Source of the DNA: Podarcis liolepis
Taxonomy: Eukaryota
Strand: one strand, 5' to 3'
NCBI GenBank assembly: GCA_965112155.1
Contig: OZ218101.1
Length of the DNA stretch: 64,000 nt
Shown: piece after piece, positions 12,094 through 24,361 of the stretch
How the letters are laid out: each line of letters starts with the position of its first letter
Numbering within the stretch: position 1 is the first letter of the stretch
The notes under the pieces: generated by a model
The model's database searches: none
Told to the model about the DNA's origin: nothing
What the model saw: only the letters and a program-made list of their open reading frames with translations
Translations under genes and position numbers: made by a program

Positions 12094-12724
12094 CCGTATT
12101 TTTCACTCTATAGGACGCACCGGAACATAGGAGGGGGAGAACAGGGGGGGGGATTTTTTTTCTTGTTCTCCCCCTCAAAAACAAGGTGCGTTCAAGAGCA
12201 GGTCGGGGAACAGCGCAAAGGCTGTGCGCAGCCTTGCCGTTGCCCCCCGAGCTTGTGGGGCTGTCGGTGGGGGGAAGCGCTGCTTTCCCCCACCGCCAAC
12301 CTCAAAGATCCCTGAAGCCTTTGGAGCGCAGCTGCAGGGACAGCCTTTCAAGCCTCCGCAGGGCGGTAAGGTGCCTTCACCCCGCCGCCCTGTGGAGGCT
12401 TTGCGCAGCCATCCCGAAGCTAGAACAGCGAGGCGGAGGGCTGCGCAGCACCCCGTCTCACTGTTTTGGCTTCAGGGACAGCCTTTCAAGCCTCCGCAGG
12501 GCGGTGGGGAACTTCCGCCGGGCTCCGCAGGCTTGCGGATAGCTGCCCTAAGCCCGGGGTGCACAGCGACGCGCTCCCCGGACTTCGGGCTGCAGGCAGC
12601 TGTCCACAGGCTTGCGGCTTCTCCAGGCTTCAGCAAAAGCCTGCATTCGCTCCATAGGACGCACACACTTTTCCCCTTCATTTTTAGAGGGGGAAAAGTG
12701 CGTCCTATAGAGCGAAAAATACGG
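12094..12724. mobile_element. Tc1/mariner-superfamily (Tc2/pogo-like) MITE
   Basis: 27-bp TIR CCGTATTTTTC(A/G)CTCTATAGGACGCAC with 1 mismatch; TA TSD; extra internal TIR-core copy near 12646-12664. Confidence 0.88.
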
Positions 12725-12785
12725 TAATTAAGATCATAGAGTGAACTGAAATCCAGCAAATATGGCAGACATAGGCAAGCAGTAC

Positions 12786-12973
12786 CTGATCTCCCCACTT
12801 CCAGTCCACCCCCCTCATCACTCTGGTGCCAATCTTCATCATGGCTGCCAACTCTGGCCCTGATACAGGAAGTTGAACTGGAGTGGTCTCCTTCCGGGAC
12901 TCTTCTAGGACTGTAGCAGAAACACCACGGGACGAAGCAAGCATATCTTCCTCGACGTTGTCCGAACTAGGCC
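12786..12973 (-). CDS. HERC2: HERC2 exon 36 (start of MIB/HERC2 domain)
   Basis: [16 protein letters not shown]...[23 protein letters not shown]. Confidence 0.95.
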
Positions 12974-13139
12974 CTAATTTAATGAGAGGTATCTTGAGAT
13001 CTTGCAGCCGTTAAGAGATAACTAATATCAAAAGTAGTAACTCATTCCAGCTTTCCAAAGCAGTCTCCACAATAATGTAATACTTTTGTTCAGTGTGCAA
13101 AGCCAAAGAGGCATAGTTCAGCGGTAGGAAATATTCTAT

Positions 13140-13686
13140 TTTTTAATTATTTTTTTAAAGGTTTTGTTTATACTTTTCAAGTTTATACATTTCACTAGTT
13201 TTACAATCAATTTAACATTTCTAAGTTTGACTTCCTTTCCCCCCTCCTCCTTTCTGCAGTTCCTTAAATTTACTTTTTAATATCTTCTGCATATCAAAAT
13301 TCATTTAATTTTCTCGTTTAATGATCTACTTCAAATATATACTTTTATGAAACTGCAAGTTATTACAATAATCCTGCTAATGTTTTCATCTGTTTGCAAT
13401 TTGTCTGTAAATATTCTATAAACCATTTCCATATTCTTTTACAAAAAGTTTGTTATCTTGCTGTCTTATTCCGATAAGTTTCGCCATTTCCATAAGTTTT
13501 TGTATCCATTCTTTCTTTACTGGGACTTCTGCTTCTTTCCACCTTTGGGCAAGTAGCATTCTTGCTGCTGTAGTAGCATACATGAATAAGTTTCTATACA
13601 ATTTACATAGTTCTGTCCCTATAAATCCCAAAAGAAAAGCTTCTGGGGTTTTTTTACAAAAGGTATTTTGAACATCCTTTTCAATC
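13140..13686 (-). mobile_element. L1-clade LINE 3' fragment (ORF2 C-terminus plus 3' UTR)
   Basis: KKTPEAFLLG...LFMYATTAARMLLAQRWKEAEVP.KKEWIQKL, typical of non-mammalian L1 ORF2 ends; T-rich tail on the + strand. Confidence 0.8.
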
Positions 13687-13824
13687 ATTTCCCAGTAAGC
13701 TTTAACCTTACTACAAGACCACCTCCGGTAGGAAATATTCTAAGGGTTCTAAAGCAGACCAAACATTCTATTCCCAACAGTGAATTGACAGGTAAGATGG
13801 GTCTTTCCCAAGTAGCAAACGTAC

Positions 13825-14016
13825 CTATCAGTCGCAACGTGGTTTGCGTCAGTGCCAACATGCCAGAATTGAGAAGAAGGTTCATGGTGTTTGCGCCATG
13901 CTGTAGGGTTAGCATGTTAAGCATGACCAATAAGAAACGTGCTTGTGGAATAGTCCCAAGGCTTGGTCCCGCAGGGTTCTCATTGGTAATGGTTTGCAGA
14001 GGAACAGGTTGGATTC
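13825..14016 (-). CDS. HERC2: HERC2 exon 35
   Basis: IQPVPLQTITNENPAGPSLGTIPQARFLLVMLNMLTLQHG...TTLRLI. Confidence 0.95.
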
Positions 14017-14665
14017 CTAGCAGAGAAATAGGATATATTTTAACAGACACAAGCAAGGCAATGGCTGCTTATCGGCTCAAGTAAACGACCTTGAGATGAC
14101 TGTTAGTTTACTTCTGGAACTGGTTTACTAGTTAAGTTGCCTCTGTTTTCAGACGTTCCCAGCAGGCTCTCCAAGGAAAGAACAGAGTCACCTGACAGCA
14201 CTTCATCTAAGTAAGGTTTGCAAATACAAAACCACATTTCACTGGATGTATGGCCACTCACAAGATTTGTTTGATAGCCAAATCTTCAAAGGAGGAATGA
14301 GATTATGAGCCAAAGCTACAAGTACTACCCAGAACGTGCAGCTCAGAAGAGAGGGCTCACTTCCTTCCATCTTCCTCCAAAGAAATTAAACTCCCCAGAA
14401 GCAACATGGAAGAGCGTAAGTACAACCGTAAAACATCCCTGAATATGCCATGTCCCACAGCCAGCTTTGGATAGGTGGTTAGGGAGAGAAAGGAGCATCA
14501 AATACACAGGCATGATTTGGTGGCTGCAAGATGTGCAAAAAATACTTTTGAAACTTGGTGGAAATTCAACAACTTGCACCCAACTAACAGACACAAAAGA
14601 AAAGTAAACAAATTGGAATTTTTATTTTTTATTTTAAATTACAGAAGAGTATCGGTAATACTAAC

Positions 14666-14817
14666 CTAGTTCTTTGAACCTGTTGTTAGCATCAAGCAAG
14701 ATGTTCCGAACGTTCTGAATAGCCCATGAGTACAACTTCCCAAAAGTAACTTCCAGGAGCATACGATTGAAGGGCGGAATCAGATCCACATCCTTTAAGC
14801 AGTCTGTTAAGGGTTCC
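14666..14817 (-). CDS. HERC2: HERC2 exon 34
   Basis: EPLTDCLKDVDLIPPFNRMLLEVTFGKLYSWAIQNVRNILLDANNRFKEL. Confidence 0.95.
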
Positions 14818-15551
14818 CTATGTGGATAACAAGCAAGCCATGATTTCCAGTGTTTTCAGAATAGTAACCTACCTTAACACCTATTTTGCATCACAAGCAG
14901 ATACTGCTGCAAAGTGCGACAACAGTGTTGGGGGCCACACGCAAGCCAGAAAAAGCTGCCCACCTGCTGTTTAAACCCTCTCAGAACCCCACCTTCTGTG
15001 CCTTTGCAAGACTTTCCCAGTACACATTTGCATTAGCTCAAGGAGAAGGGTGGGATCTGGACAGGGGGCTGAACCCAGATCTGGACCACTCTGCATGCAG
15101 CTGCCCCTAATGTCATATGACATCTGGCGATTCAAATTTAACCCGCAACTGCAAAGGAAGAAGTGGGGGTGCAGACTCTTACTTTGGAATTTGGTGCTGC
15201 GGCTTTACCTGTCCTGCGCCTGACATTATATGATGTCAAAGTGATGGGCAAGTGGCTATAGTTTGAGCCAAAATACAATGCAGGCCAAATGGGGGGCGCC
15301 TGGCAGGCTGAAGGCTTCCCACCACTGCTACTATAAGAAACAAGGTGCTCCTATGACACATAAATGCAACACCAGGACCATGAACATCATCACCTAGTGC
15401 TCCACCTGCGCCATACTGGAGCTTTCGTTCACCGTCAAAGTTCCCAAGGTCCCCCTGTGAAACCCCTATGTTTCACCTAAACAGCACAACAAAGAGCCAG
15501 ATTAGGTATGAAGAAGCAAAAGTGTGAGATGCAAGGGAGAATGAAAATTAC

Positions 15552-15688
15552 CCAATGTTGGTTCCTTCCGGAATAAGTCTTTGCCATCCACAGAACATAG
15601 CGTATTGTGCAGAAGGCAACAGGAAACTCTTGGTTGCCAGCTTTAGGATTGTATCAATGCCCTCTAAACGAACCTCGGCTCTTTCCAG
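15552..15688 (-). CDS. HERC2: HERC2 exon 33
   Basis: LERAEVRLEGIDTILKLATKSFLLPSAQYAMFCGWQRLIPEGTNI. Confidence 0.95.
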
Positions 15689-15779
15689 CTACAAAACAAG
15701 AGAGAAAGGAGGTAAAGATTTATCTATGTAAGAGCTTTACGCAGCAAGGCCCCGCCATATGAAGCGAGCCATGTCTTAC

Positions 15780-15953
15780 CTGCTTTAGTAAGCACTTCCG
15801 CATTTTTTCAACATCAATGGGCTCTTCTTTTAAAGCAAATTCAACTATGGTATTGAGAAGAGCAGACTGGGGATATAAGCCCTGGACGTTCTGTTTCAGC
15901 CATTTGTATTTGTGAACACCCGTAACTGTGTTGATCAGCGGCTGCCATTTATC
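15780..15953 (-). CDS. HERC2: HERC2 exon 32
   Basis: DKWQPLINTVTGVHKYKWLKQNVQGLYPQSALLNTIVEFALKEEPIDVEKMRKCLLKQ. Confidence 0.95.
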
Positions 15954-16686
15954 CTAGAAAAAACAAAATGCACATTTACACTTGAATTAATAACCTAAGA
16001 AATCAGACTGAAAATAGTGCTTGCCCTATAGTGGCACGTTAATATAGAAAAAATTAGAGCACTAAGTTCTACGACCAAGAAAGGTTTTACAAATGTGACC
16101 TATTAAGTACACCGCATTTATTCATGTGCGACACTTTTTAACTTAAAAAGGTAGAATTCAACAGGTAGAAGGAATTACCTTTAGCTACAAAGGAAGGCCA
16201 ATGCTGACATTTAAAATCTACATTTATGACACAAAGGAAGTTCATCCAAGACTTGGAGCCAGTTCACTTAAACACCCAACTAGAGATCCTCTCTGTGTGA
16301 CTGTGAGGAAGGCCTTGCACACTTACGTATCATGTATATACAAAGTGAGGTTCAAGCAAGGATATCCAAATGCACAACTTTCCTCTACAGAGAGTGCCTG
16401 CGAAATCACTGGGCATCAGTACAGCACGTATGCCACAAAGATGCATACATATTGTGCTATCTACTGCTTTGTGAATGACCACTGTTAATAATGTAATTCA
16501 TTTCTCTCTTTGCACAGCTGCTTTTGCAGCAACAGACTAATGCGCTTGTTTACGCAGCGACAAGCTAACATGACTACCACTCTGATAAACCTACCGCCTG
16601 ACACTCAGCTGCCACGTTCACATATTCTGAATGGTCGTTAGCTACTGTGCAGCTGGCTCATATTTAGCACCTGATACTCTGCATAC

Positions 16687-16823
16687 CTTGGGCGATTTGG
16701 CTGACAAGGGCCTTTTATCAGCTGTCACAGGGCTGTGAGGTATGACACAGGGCTCTTCCAAATCACTTTCCTCATTCCCAATTTTGGACTCTTCCACATC
16801 AGACGGCTCAGATTTTTTAGGGA
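16687..16823 (-). CDS. HERC2: HERC2 exon 31
   Basis: PKKSEPSDVEESKIGNEESDLEEPCVIPHSPVTADKRPLSAKSPK. Confidence 0.93.
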
Positions 16824-16951
16824 CTAGCAGCAAGACATAAAGCAAACATACTATATTTATCTATTTATATTTATAGTGCGCCCCCTTCACCCTTGGGCCC
16901 CAGGGTGGGTTACATACAGTTTCAAAATACAGTTAAAATGTTACTTTAATA

Positions 16952-17164
16952 CAGTGGAACTTTGGTTCTCAAACTTAATCCATTCCCGAAGTCCGTTTGA
17001 CTCCCAAAACCATTTGAAAACCAAGGCGCGTCTTCTGATTGGCTGAAGGAGCTTCCTGCACTCAAGCAGAAGCCACGTCGGATGTTTGGCTTCCGAAAAA
17101 CGTTCACAAACCAGAACACCAATTTGTTTCACAACTAAGCTGTTCCAGAACCAAGGTGCCACTG
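16952..17164. mobile_element. Tigger-like MITE
   Basis: TA-CAGTGGAACTTTGGTTCT ... AGAACCAAGGTGCCACTG; internal similarity to 315-556 in reverse orientation. Confidence 0.75.
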
Positions 17165-17571
17165 TCATCAAATTTGTGTCACTTTTATCCACTTCCAAAA
17201 ACATGAGCAAAACTGTTTTTTAAAAAATTAGCAAGAAAAATGGGAGCTTCCATAGAAAACACTGCTTTACGAAAATGTAAAGAATTCAGAACGACAAACA
17301 ACTGCAAGTAGACACCCCTTCTTTTCCCCTCTCCCTGAACTGTGCCCCCTCCAATTCCTAATTACACTATGTCTTTTGCAATTAGATAGAGCCCACATAG
17401 TACTAAGTGAGATCTAGCAAGATATATATTTATGGAATCTTTTTTTAATGGGATGCAAGTCTTGCTTGAGAATGAAGCAAGCATCTGTTGTATTCTACCT
17501 CACAAGCAAACTGACAAAATGCATAATAGTCTCTTGCCCTTCAACAAGAAATTGTATTTCAAAACATTTAC

Positions 17572-17767
17572 CTCTCTTTTTTCTTCGATCTCTAATTATC
17601 TTCTGAACTACCCTTCTCCATCGGGGCAAAGAACTTAGACTTTTAAGCTTGGACATAATGGAGAGGTCATTACACACTGCCGGACGCAATTCATTGAAGA
17701 GGAACCTCAAACGCTCAATAACAGGGGCACAAACCTCTTTGTAAGATCTTCCTTGTTCCTGGTGAGT
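17572..17767 (-). CDS. HERC2: HERC2 exon 30
   Basis: THQEQGRSYKEVCAPVIERLRFLFNELRPAVCNDLSIMSK...KIIRDRRKKR. Confidence 0.95.
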
Positions 17768-17867
17768 CTTAAAACGACAATGCAAACAGATTCCTCTGTT
17801 AGTAAGGTAACAGTAACTCCTAATGTCTCAAGAAAGGGTACCAATGATTCCTTGGTTTGATGCTTAC

Positions 17868-17995
17868 CTTGATCAGCGAGCATTTTGCTTGGTAGACAAC
17901 ACGACACACATCTGCTACAGATTTTGGAAGTACACGATGTTTAACTTGGTCAACTCCTAGCATAGCAGGATGAACAAGCGAGAGTGCTATATGAC
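17868..17995 (-). CDS. HERC2: HERC2 exon 29
   Basis: HIALSLVHPAMLGVDQVKHRVLPKSVADVCRVVYQAKCSLIK. Confidence 0.95.
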
Positions 17996-18094
17996 CTTTA
18001 AGAGGGGGAACAAGAGAGAAGATCTCATTGGAGAAAAAAAAATCAAAATAATACAGTAAGAATTTTAGAACAATTGTGTGTCAAATGTAGATAC

Positions 18095-18227
18095 CTAAAT
18101 CCTCATGCTTTAGAAGGCAACATAGCAACAGACGTCCTACTTCCTCCACTGGGTGCTCTGGAGGGAACGTAATTGGTGTTGTCAAGTGGCACTGTTTGCA
18201 ATACCTCTCCACTTGACATAAGAAGTC
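18095..18227 (-). CDS. HERC2: HERC2 exon 28
   Basis: DFLCQVERYCKQCHLTTPITFPPEHPVEEVGRLLLCCLLKHEDL. Confidence 0.95.
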
Positions 18228-18471
18228 CTGCACAAAAATGAACACGCTTAGTCAAAATATCACTGCAGTCTCCATGCGTTGCCACAGACGTTACTTTTTA
18301 TAACAATAATAATAAATTAACAAATGTTTGCAAGCTGGTTCTGACTGATAATCATTTCAAACTCTGTCCCTATGAGCTACTAAGAGTCCCTGATAGTGCT
18401 ATAATGCTGTGTGTACGCTGCACAAGAAAAACCTGAGCAAAGAGTTGCAGCATTCTGGAGATTTACTGTGG

Positions 18472-18504
<33 letters not shown>

Positions 18505-18562
18505 TATAGATATAGACAGATAGATATAGAGATAGATATCTAGATCTATATAGATATCTATA
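18472..18562. repeat. Compound (TA)/(GA)/(GATA) microsatellite
   Basis: Visible. Confidence 0.9.
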
Positions 18563-19242
18563 TTATCCTCCACAGGTAGACACATATGCAGAGAGAGAGA
18601 ATACTGTAAAACAGTGGGGCAAAAAAGAAACCCTATTGCAAACAACGCAAGCTTAAGAAAAGGGGGGGGACTGAAAACAGGAGCAGCATCAAATCACTAT
18701 AAAAGCAGATGTGGAGAACCTTTGGCCCTCCAAATGTAGCTGGACTACAAGTCTCATCATTCATGAGTATTGACAGCACTGAATGTGTCTGTTGAGAGAT
18801 AGAGCCCATCTGGAGGGCCACAGGTCTCCCCGCCCCCGCCCCCCAAAAGGCAGTATTCTGTAATAGCCCCAAATTCTTCTGACAGGATGATAAAATACAG
18901 ACAGTGATAGGTGTTTCCAGTGGTAGCTCTCAAGATTTGGGTAACCCACCTGACACATTTCTGATCATGACACTACCTGAAGCAAGGCCTTAAATGAAGA
19001 ATGAAGCACTCAGGCAGTTTCATATAGGAGGAAGAGATTCTATAAATATTTTGCCCCAAACCTTTCATCATGTGTGGGCACCCTTGGCCCCTCTGAATGT
19101 CGCTGAGCTATGACTCCCAGAGTCCCTACCACTGAATGGCTGTGCTTGCTGGGGCTGATGGGAGTTTTGGTTCAGCAACCTCTGGAGAACCAAAGTCTCT
19201 TTCACCCCCACCCCGATTTAGGATTTTGGCAAGCTGACTGAA

Positions 19243-19542
19243 GGACACTGCTCACTGGAAGCTCACTTCACTGCTCACTGGAAGGACAGATCGTGAAGCT
19301 GAGGCTCCAATACTTTGGCCACCTCATGAGAAGAGAAGACTCCCTGGAAAAGACCCTGGTGTTGGGAAAGGTGGAGGGCACAAGGAGAAGGGGACGACAG
19401 AGGATGAGATGGTTGGACAGTGTACTCGAAGCCACCAGCATGAATCTGACCAAACTGCGTGAGGCAGTGGAAGACAGGAGTGCCTGGCGTGCTCTGGTCC
19501 ATGGGGTCACGAAGAGTCGGACATGACTAAACGACTAAACAA
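19243..19542 (+). mobile_element. Bov-B LINE 3' fragment
   Basis: KLRLQYFGHLMRREDSLEKTLVLGKVEGTRRRGRQRMRWLD; 13-bp TSD CAAGCTGACTGAA. Confidence 0.92.
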
Positions 19543-19903
19543 CAAGCTGACTGAACCCAGGAGCAACTGGGCAAGGAGTCAAAAAGCTGGAAGCCAAATT
19601 TGGAAACCGTTTAAGTTTCTGGATTGTCTTCAAGAGGCAGTGCACTTATGCTGCATTACAGAAGTAAAACTTGGAGGTCACTAGAACATGGATGGCCAAA
19701 GTCAGGTCTGGCCCTGAAGCCAAAAATCTCAGCTCCTCTCCTTACATTTTCTGTATGCTATACTTTCGAATAAGGTCATTTCAAATAAAGGCTCCACAAA
19801 GCTACAAGTCTTAACAGGCAAAGCTTCTCCAAAAGTTACTAATTATAACCCATCCCTCGTAACCCACATGATGCTAGTTTCCTTTGCCTTCTATGGCATA
19901 ATC

Positions 19904-20156
19904 CAGGGGTCAGCAAACTTTTTCAGCAGGGGGCTGGTCCACTGTCCCTCATACCTTGTGGGGGGGCCAGACTATATTTTGAAAAAAAATGTATGAATGA
20001 ATTCCTATGCCCCACAAAGAACCCAGAGATGCATTTTAAATAAAAGAGCACATTCTACTCATGTAAAAACACGCCGATTCCTGGACCATCTGCGTGCCGG
20101 ATTTAGGCAGCGATTGGGGCGGATCCGGCCCCCAGGCCTTAGTTTGCCTACCCATG
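19904..20156. mobile_element. hAT (Charlie-like) MITE
   Basis: CAGGGGTCAGCAAACT ... AGTTTGCCTACCCATG; perfect 8-bp TSD GCATAATC. Confidence 0.85.
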
Positions 20157-21279
20157 GCATAATCCCAAGAGATAATATTTCTTCGAAGCGTTACTTAAGA
20201 AGCATTCTTAGATGCGTTTCTCCATCTGTGGGAAATCCACAATCCATTTTTCCTCACCCAAAGCAAGCCACACTGGTAACCAACTAGGATAAAAAGATAC
20301 TGCATTCCTTCATATAATACACAAAGACACCAAACATAAGGAAAAGGTGGCAGCTAGATGAACAGCGTATTTCATATTTCACACATGGTTTTATTTATGT
20401 TATTAGGCAGAATTTTGCAGAGGTGGTTGGTTTGGTGTTGTTGGGGTGTTTTTAAGAAGGCAGATGCTATTTTCCTGGCATACTCAGAAGAGAAAGGGTT
20501 TGGGGGTGGGAGGGAGGAGAGATGAATGAGAGCTGCTGCAGTAACTCCAACACCCTCAATGAGTAGTATGGATCAAGGCAACAGTCAGCAAAACTAAAAG
20601 CAACTGCCAGCCAAAAAGAGAACTGAAAAATGCCCTGAGGAGAAACAGGAAGAAGAAAAACCCAACCAGAGGCATTAGGCCTTTTATATGATTTGCTACA
20701 CATACACTATTTGAATTATTCAGGTGTTCCTATTCCTATTAGCAAGGTAACACTTTGCCCTGTTATGATTTATTGACAAGGAGGCCAGGAACTACTCAGC
20801 TCACAATGCAGAGAAAGGAAACAAAAATCTGTATTAGCAGGTGTGGAAAATCATGCCTTCCCCCGAGATTGTTGGACTCTCATAAGCCTCAGCTAGCAAA
20901 GCCAACTGTCAGTGATAATGGCAGCTAAATAACAACTGGAGGCATCAGGCTCCCCATCTCTGGTTAATAAAAAATAGTGAGAGTCGAATGTTCCCAAATA
21001 CAAAGTCCACTGCCGGCTGATAAAGTGCAGATCCTGGCCCAATGCACCCAATGAGCTCTTGCCTTGGGGCCCTGGAGAGGTGTACAGAGGTCAACTGCAT
21101 AATAATCCCTGGCATTCCTATAAACTAAGAGACTCAAGGTTCCCAGCTGCCAAGAATCCCACTGACCATTTCACTACTTAGAGTGAGATAATCCATCCAA
21201 CTTTGTCTACTTAGAGAGCTATGGCCACTGGGAAGGGTAGGAAACATCAGCCTATGTCCTTCACACAGTGCACTGTTAC

Positions 21280-21494
21280 CTTCACCGTGTGGTCCTGGAT
21301 GTTGTTGTCTGCAATCGCTTGCAGAAATGGCTGTGAGTGGTCACTCAAGGTCAGTCGATGGGAATACAGCTTTGATTTGTTAGGGGTGGTATTGCCAGGA
21401 GAGCTGCAGTGGTCTTCATCCTTCTCTTCGTTGTAACTGTAATGTATTTGACTGGTTTGCAAGCCTCCAGAGAAAATAGAAGACTTCAACCATT
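21280..21494 (-). CDS. HERC2: HERC2 exon 27
   Basis: WLKSSIFSGGLQTSQIHYSYNEEKDEDHCSSPG...IADNNIQDHTVK. Confidence 0.95.
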
Positions 21495-22543
21495 CTACAA
21501 GAAGAACAGAAATACATTAAAATAGTGTGTTACAAGCATATTTTTTTAAGGGAATAGTTTGAAGGGAATAGGAGGACATTGAAGCACATTGCTTTTGCAG
21601 TTTTGTTACGCAGGTAAAAGTGTAATTCTTCTGCTTAAGAAAAGAGGATTCAATGGTCTACCCTGAAGTTATATGCAATATTTGATGCATGTATGTTTTA
21701 GAGGATTTCTTCAGAAACAGTTTTGTGCAAGCTCTCTTTTTGATTTAAAAATAATTAGTTCAAAATACTAAACAAGAAAAATAGTTAACCCATCTAGATC
21801 AATAAAATCTCCTCCATCTGGCAGTGCTCTCCAGTCTTGGGCAGCAGGTCTTTTCCCTACTACCTGAACAACGTAAGTTCTATTGAAAACAGAGATGCTA
21901 AAGACTAAACCTTTTGCAAGCAAAGCAGATGCGTTACTGAGCTTCAGACACACCTTGATATAGTTCATCTTAATGAATAGCTGCAATTTAGCCCCATGTT
22001 TTCAACAAATTTTAGCACATTATTTTACTCCACCTTGAGCACAAAAAGCGGCACACAAAATTTAAAATACAATAAAAGCAAACTATCATTTAAAAAAATG
22101 TTAAGACAGCAGCAATGCATGTCAAACTATACTCGAACTAAGCTACTTTTGGGGATCAGACACCTGTTATTTCATTATTCAGCCTTGCCCATGTATTTAC
22201 TCATGCATGGAAAGCAATAATTTCTCCCAAGTCAGACCATCTGCCACTTTTGAAACAAAGTAGTATACTAACAGTTTATTGAAGAATTATCCTTCTCCAA
22301 GATTGTTTGCTTCTTGCTTTCACTTCATTACGTAAGTACATAACTTGTTGCACACACAGAGTTCTATCCAAAAAATTACTGAACTGAATTATGCTTTGAA
22401 TAGAAATTGTTTTGCAGCTTTACATACCGGCCCACAGAAATGATGGGCAAGTTGTGTTATAAAGGCTGCAATCCTATAAACACTTACCCCAGAGTAAGTT
22501 CCACTGAACTCAGTGAGGCTTATTTTTGAGTAAACATGTATAT

Positions 22544-23002
22544 CAGCGGTTTTCAACCAGTGCGCAATGGCATCCTGAATGGCGGCCTTGAATGATGGTC
22601 AGGGTTGCCGCGGGCAACATTGGCCTCTGTCCCTCTTTTTTCCCCTCCCTCCTCTGATGCCCCTTGCATCTCTGCCTCCCCAAGGCTTGCACAGCTGTTT
22701 ATTGCAGCAGCCCTGGCTATAAGCTTCTCAGGCAAATGAGGCCTCTGGGAGGCACCTCTCTTTGGGACGGGGTGGGGGGCAGCTCAGAGACCAGGGACAG
22801 CTGCAGCAGCTGTCCAGACGACTCCTAAGGAGAGGAGGCTAAAGGAACACTCCACAAGGGAGGGTGCTCAAAAAAAGGTGAGAGGTTTCCAGCTCTGCAG
22901 GTAAGGGGTGACGTAACTGGGCTCCTGAGCCCCACAGGGGTGCTGCAGAAAGAATGTAGTTGGTCCAAGGAGCCATGGACTCAAAAAAGTTGAAAACCTC
23001 TG
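22544..23002. mobile_element. hAT MITE
   Basis: TIR CAGCGGTTTTCAAC / GTTGAAAACCTCTG; TSD ATGTATAT/ATGTATAG. Confidence 0.8.
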
Positions 23003-23123
23003 ATGTATAGCATTAAATCACTCACTGTGGTTATAGGGTTAACATTAAAACATGAACCTAAAACTATGAGCACATCCCCAATTTCATATTAGTTACATTT
23101 AATTGGAATAAAGATATTCTTAC

Positions 23124-23274
23124 TGGCACATTCAACCTCCACAGGAGAAAGGGGTGTACTCATTGCCAGATATGAAGCATGTAGACCAAGAAGTAGCCCT
23201 AAATTTCTTTCAGTGTCTATGAGAGGCGATGATAGACTACCAGTATCTGGCGTAGTAATCACTTCTTGGTCAGG
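23124..23274 (-). CDS. HERC2: HERC2 exon 26
   Basis: PDQEVITTPDTGSLSSPLIDTERNLGLLLGLHASYLAMSTPLSPVEVECA. Confidence 0.95.
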
Positions 23275-23747
23275 CTAGAACAAAAAAAGGAAAGAACAAA
23301 AGAGCTGTGATATCATACTGAACGACAGATTTAAAGACTAATACCAAATTTCCCGATCCATGGAAAAAAAACCTCTTCGTAATCAAGTGATGTGCAGCTA
23401 CTTGAAGAGTTTTGAGTTTAACAAAAACATCATCAGGAACCTGAAGATGGTATTCAATTGTAATGTGTGAGAGACACAGGAAGGGCAAAGGACTGGAAGG
23501 GATCCAACCGCAGAGAAAGACTAATAACTGTCCTACCCCACAGTCACAGCTGAACACTAGAAATGTAGCTCTGTTGTCTTTGTACAGGCCTATGAGGGAA
23601 ATCAACAAGCGGCTTGGAAAAGGGTGGGAAAGCCTGAGGTGGGTGGGTCTTTCCTTTCTTAAAAACTAAGAAAAAAACCAGACCTCAACATCAGGAATTC
23701 ATAAAAACTGGATAGGTTGTCTAATCACAAAGGTAATTAATTAAGTG

Positions 23748-23883
23748 CAGTGCTATTTTTCTAGAAAAAGAGGTGCCGGAACTCACCATGAACGCTTCCC
23801 TTGTTCTCTTATAATGGAAATGGCGCCCACCTGAGAGGTGCCGGAACTGAGTTCCGGTGAGTTCCGGCTGCAAAAAAGCCCTG
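23748..23883. mobile_element. Short hAT (Tip100-like) MITE
   Basis: CAGTGCTATTTTT ... AAAAAAGCCCTG; TSD ATTAAGTG/ATTAAGAG; repeated GAGGTGCCGGAACT. Confidence 0.75.
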
Positions 23884-23992
23884 ATTAAGAGTGATTAGGT
23901 GTGAAGACCCTGCCTCAAGCAACAAGAGGAACACAATTCCACCTGGTGGTGTCCTTTGTGCCCGCTAGCAATTGTTTGGGAAACCCTCTTAC

Positions 23993-24096
23993 CTCCATAT
24001 ATTGGCCGACACAGAAGGCATGCATCGATTCTCTTGTATCCTCGAACTGCAGAGCTGCTTCCAAAGCTACAACTGGGTCCTCTCCAGCAAACTGAG
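23993..24096 (-). CDS. HERC2: HERC2 exon 25 (cytochrome b5-like domain)
   Basis: QFAGEDPVVALEAALQFEDTRESMHAFCVGQYME. Confidence 0.95.
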
Positions 24097-24190
24097 CTAA
24101 AAGAAACCAGGGAACAAACTGTTAAAGGAGGCAACCGAACAAGATAGGACTCTGTTTGGTATATGTTTTGTTCGCAAAATGACATCTCAC

Positions 24191-24361
24191 CAAGTATACT
24201 GCTTCCTGTTAAGGACTGGGTTTGGAAATCCTTTATATCGTACACTTTGCCATCAATCACTGTCCAGAAGCCGCCATCTTTATTGTGGTTCTCCAAGTCG
24301 GCTTTCCGTATTAGTGTCACTTCCTCGTTGTTCCTGCAATTCTGTCCTGTAAAAAATGAAC
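24191..24361 (-). CDS. HERC2: HERC2 exon 24 (cytochrome b5-like domain)
   Basis: SFFTGQNCRNNEEVTLIRKADLENHNKDGGFWTVIDGKVYDIKDFQTQSLTGSSIL. Confidence 0.95.

Noticed and set aside
12186-12798. 118-167 aa ORFs in intron 36
   Set aside because: They lie within a GC-rich MITE and have no transposase motifs.
14923-15327. Possible older hAT element (CAGTG...CACTG)
   Set aside because: TIRs are weak and there is no matching TSD, so boundaries cannot be supported.
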